From Octopus sinensis (Eukaryota), in assembly GCF_006345805.1 (NCBI RefSeq), contig NC_043025.1:682001-746000 (forward strand): a DNA stretch of 64,000 bases. Reading direction: 5' to 3'. The number at the start of each line of letters is the position of its first letter. Position 1 is the first letter of the stretch. The position numbers and the translations under genes were made by a program. Under the pieces are notes generated by a model, which saw nothing but the letters and a program-made list of their open reading frames with translations, was not told the DNA's origin and did no database searches. This document shows positions 62,439 through 64,000 of the stretch, piece by piece.

Positions 62439-64000
62439 GATATATAGACATAGATAGATAGATAGATTGATTGATAGATAGATAGATAAATAGATACATA
62501 GATAGATAGATAGATGGATAGATAGAGATAGATGGACATAGATAGATAGATAGATATGTTTCTTTATTAGCCACACAGGGCTGCACACAGACAGAACAAA
62601 TTACAAGGTAGAGCTTTTCTTTTGGGGGTAAAAAAAAGGGGGTTGGGTTTCGATCAAAAGGGATCGTAAAAGGAAAGAAAGAGGACAAAAAAGGGGGGAT
62701 TTTTTTAAAAAAAGGGGGGAGAGGGAAAAAATGAAAGGAAAGGGGAGAGGAAAAAAAGTTGATCAATAGGGATCGTAATCACAGAAATGTCAATATGAAG
62801 TGTAAAGAAAAGCCTACGGAAAAGACCACGGTAACCTCGGTCAATGAAGTCACATGTTATATTTCTTTCTTTTATTTTTTTTTGCAAATAAGCAACTCTC
62901 TGTATTAATTTTTACGGTTCATAGAATCATAGTCAAGGTGGCTTCGTCATTCATACGTGCCATCCTTGCTACATTCACCCATCTTTTTTAAAACATTCGC
63001 TAGACAAAATTTGCCTCTCTACTCTCACTTTCCTCTTCATGTGATACTTGAAGAAGTTGATGAGAGATTGACCAGAGAGGAAAGTGTTTGTCTCCAATCC
63101 TTTCGGGCGCGTCCACCAGATACATTCTTTCGCCATAGCCACAAGTAAGATAAAAATAGCTCTTCCTTCCCGTTTGAAGGAAGGAGGCTTGACGATATTA
63201 ACGATAGACTCGGTTGATAAACCGACACGTCCCACACGTGACAGCAGTCGTTCGACATAAGCCCACAGGTCGGAAATTGCTGGACACTGAACGATTGCGT
63301 GCAGAGCGGTTTCGTCGCTCTGCCCGCATCTCGGGCAGGTCGGCCCCGTGTTTCTCGAGCCATGCCTATAGAGCTTATCCCGAACGGGTAGCGCTTCTCG
63401 GTAGCACCGCCAGACCAGTGATCTCTAGAAGTTGTCCATAGGTCCCGGGCCGAAAGTCGTTTGAAACAGGCGGGTCACGTATTCCTCGTCGACGCCCAGG
63501 TTTGCCACGAGATCGTCGTCGTACCTCCCCTCCACTAATCCCCTATAGAATTCTTTGGTTGTGTTGAAGTCACTCAAGGTCGACCTGGGACGGCAGAGTT
63601 GCTTGAGAGCAACGCGACACTCGCGGTGCCATTCGCCCTTCCTCGGCCTCTTTTTGATCCACGACTGTTGTTCGGTCATGGAGACGAGTTGCGGGAATGC
63701 GTGCCTCACAAACGGTGACCACACCTGTTCACCGTCGTCTACATAGAGCCGGAGATGTCGCAGTCTCAGCGCGTGTCTGCGCATCATCAACCACGGCATG
63801 CCCAGCCCTTCTTTTAACGGGTGTTGGCAGCAAATGGATCGCCTGACCATCGGGACGCATCCTTTCCACAAGAAGCGGAAGAGGATGCGTTCTAGTTTGG
63901 TGATGGTAGGGTCGGGACAAGGTACGACGGTCAGGCGGTAGTAGATGATGGACGCGATGTAGGCGTTCGCCACCTCCGCCCGACCTTTTAGGGACACTTT
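61779..64000. repeat. Direct duplicate of 1-2254 (exon-like segment, GATA array, Tx1 element)
   Basis: ggcgtgtcgttcacagg at 1 and 61779; co-linear to the window end. Confidence 0.95.
62556..64000 (-). mobile_element. Second copy of the GATA-embedded Tx1/L1 element (runs off the window)
   Basis: Shares the DNF*RS nonsense codon with copy 1; has an extra frameshift near 62985. Confidence 0.85.

Noticed and set aside
61849-62766. 305-aa YLSI-repeat ORF and similar ORFs over GATA, TA, GT and AAT arrays throughout the window
   Set aside because: They are translations of microsatellites

Overview
This is eukaryotic, AT-rich, microsatellite-saturated DNA. The SINE families and repeat landscape suggest an octopod cephalopod, which is an inference from recognising the repeats and is not database-confirmed. 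I found no intact, confidently nameable host gene; nearly all long ORFs in the track are microsatellite artefacts or transposon remnants. The window holds a 5'-truncated Tx1/L1-clade LINE embedded in a (GATA)n array, present twice 61.8 kb apart. It also holds two tail-to-tail R4/Dong-type LINEs inserted in a (TAA)n array, whose empty paralogous sites lie in the same window, and a near full-length inactivated RTE LINE. A CR1 3' end has an internal 121-bp segment amplified about 32 times, and a tRNA-headed SINE has its 258-bp body repeated 4 times. There are relics of hAT, Helitron, gypsy and Penelope elements plus several MITEs. A ~9.2-9.6 kb tandem segmental array (33527-61645) carries an apparently intact minimal type I hammerhead ribozyme on the minus strand at three positions; two further degenerate hammerheads lie elsewhere. 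A few isolated exon-like segments with good splice signals could not be assigned to a protein family. There is one 100-N assembly gap.
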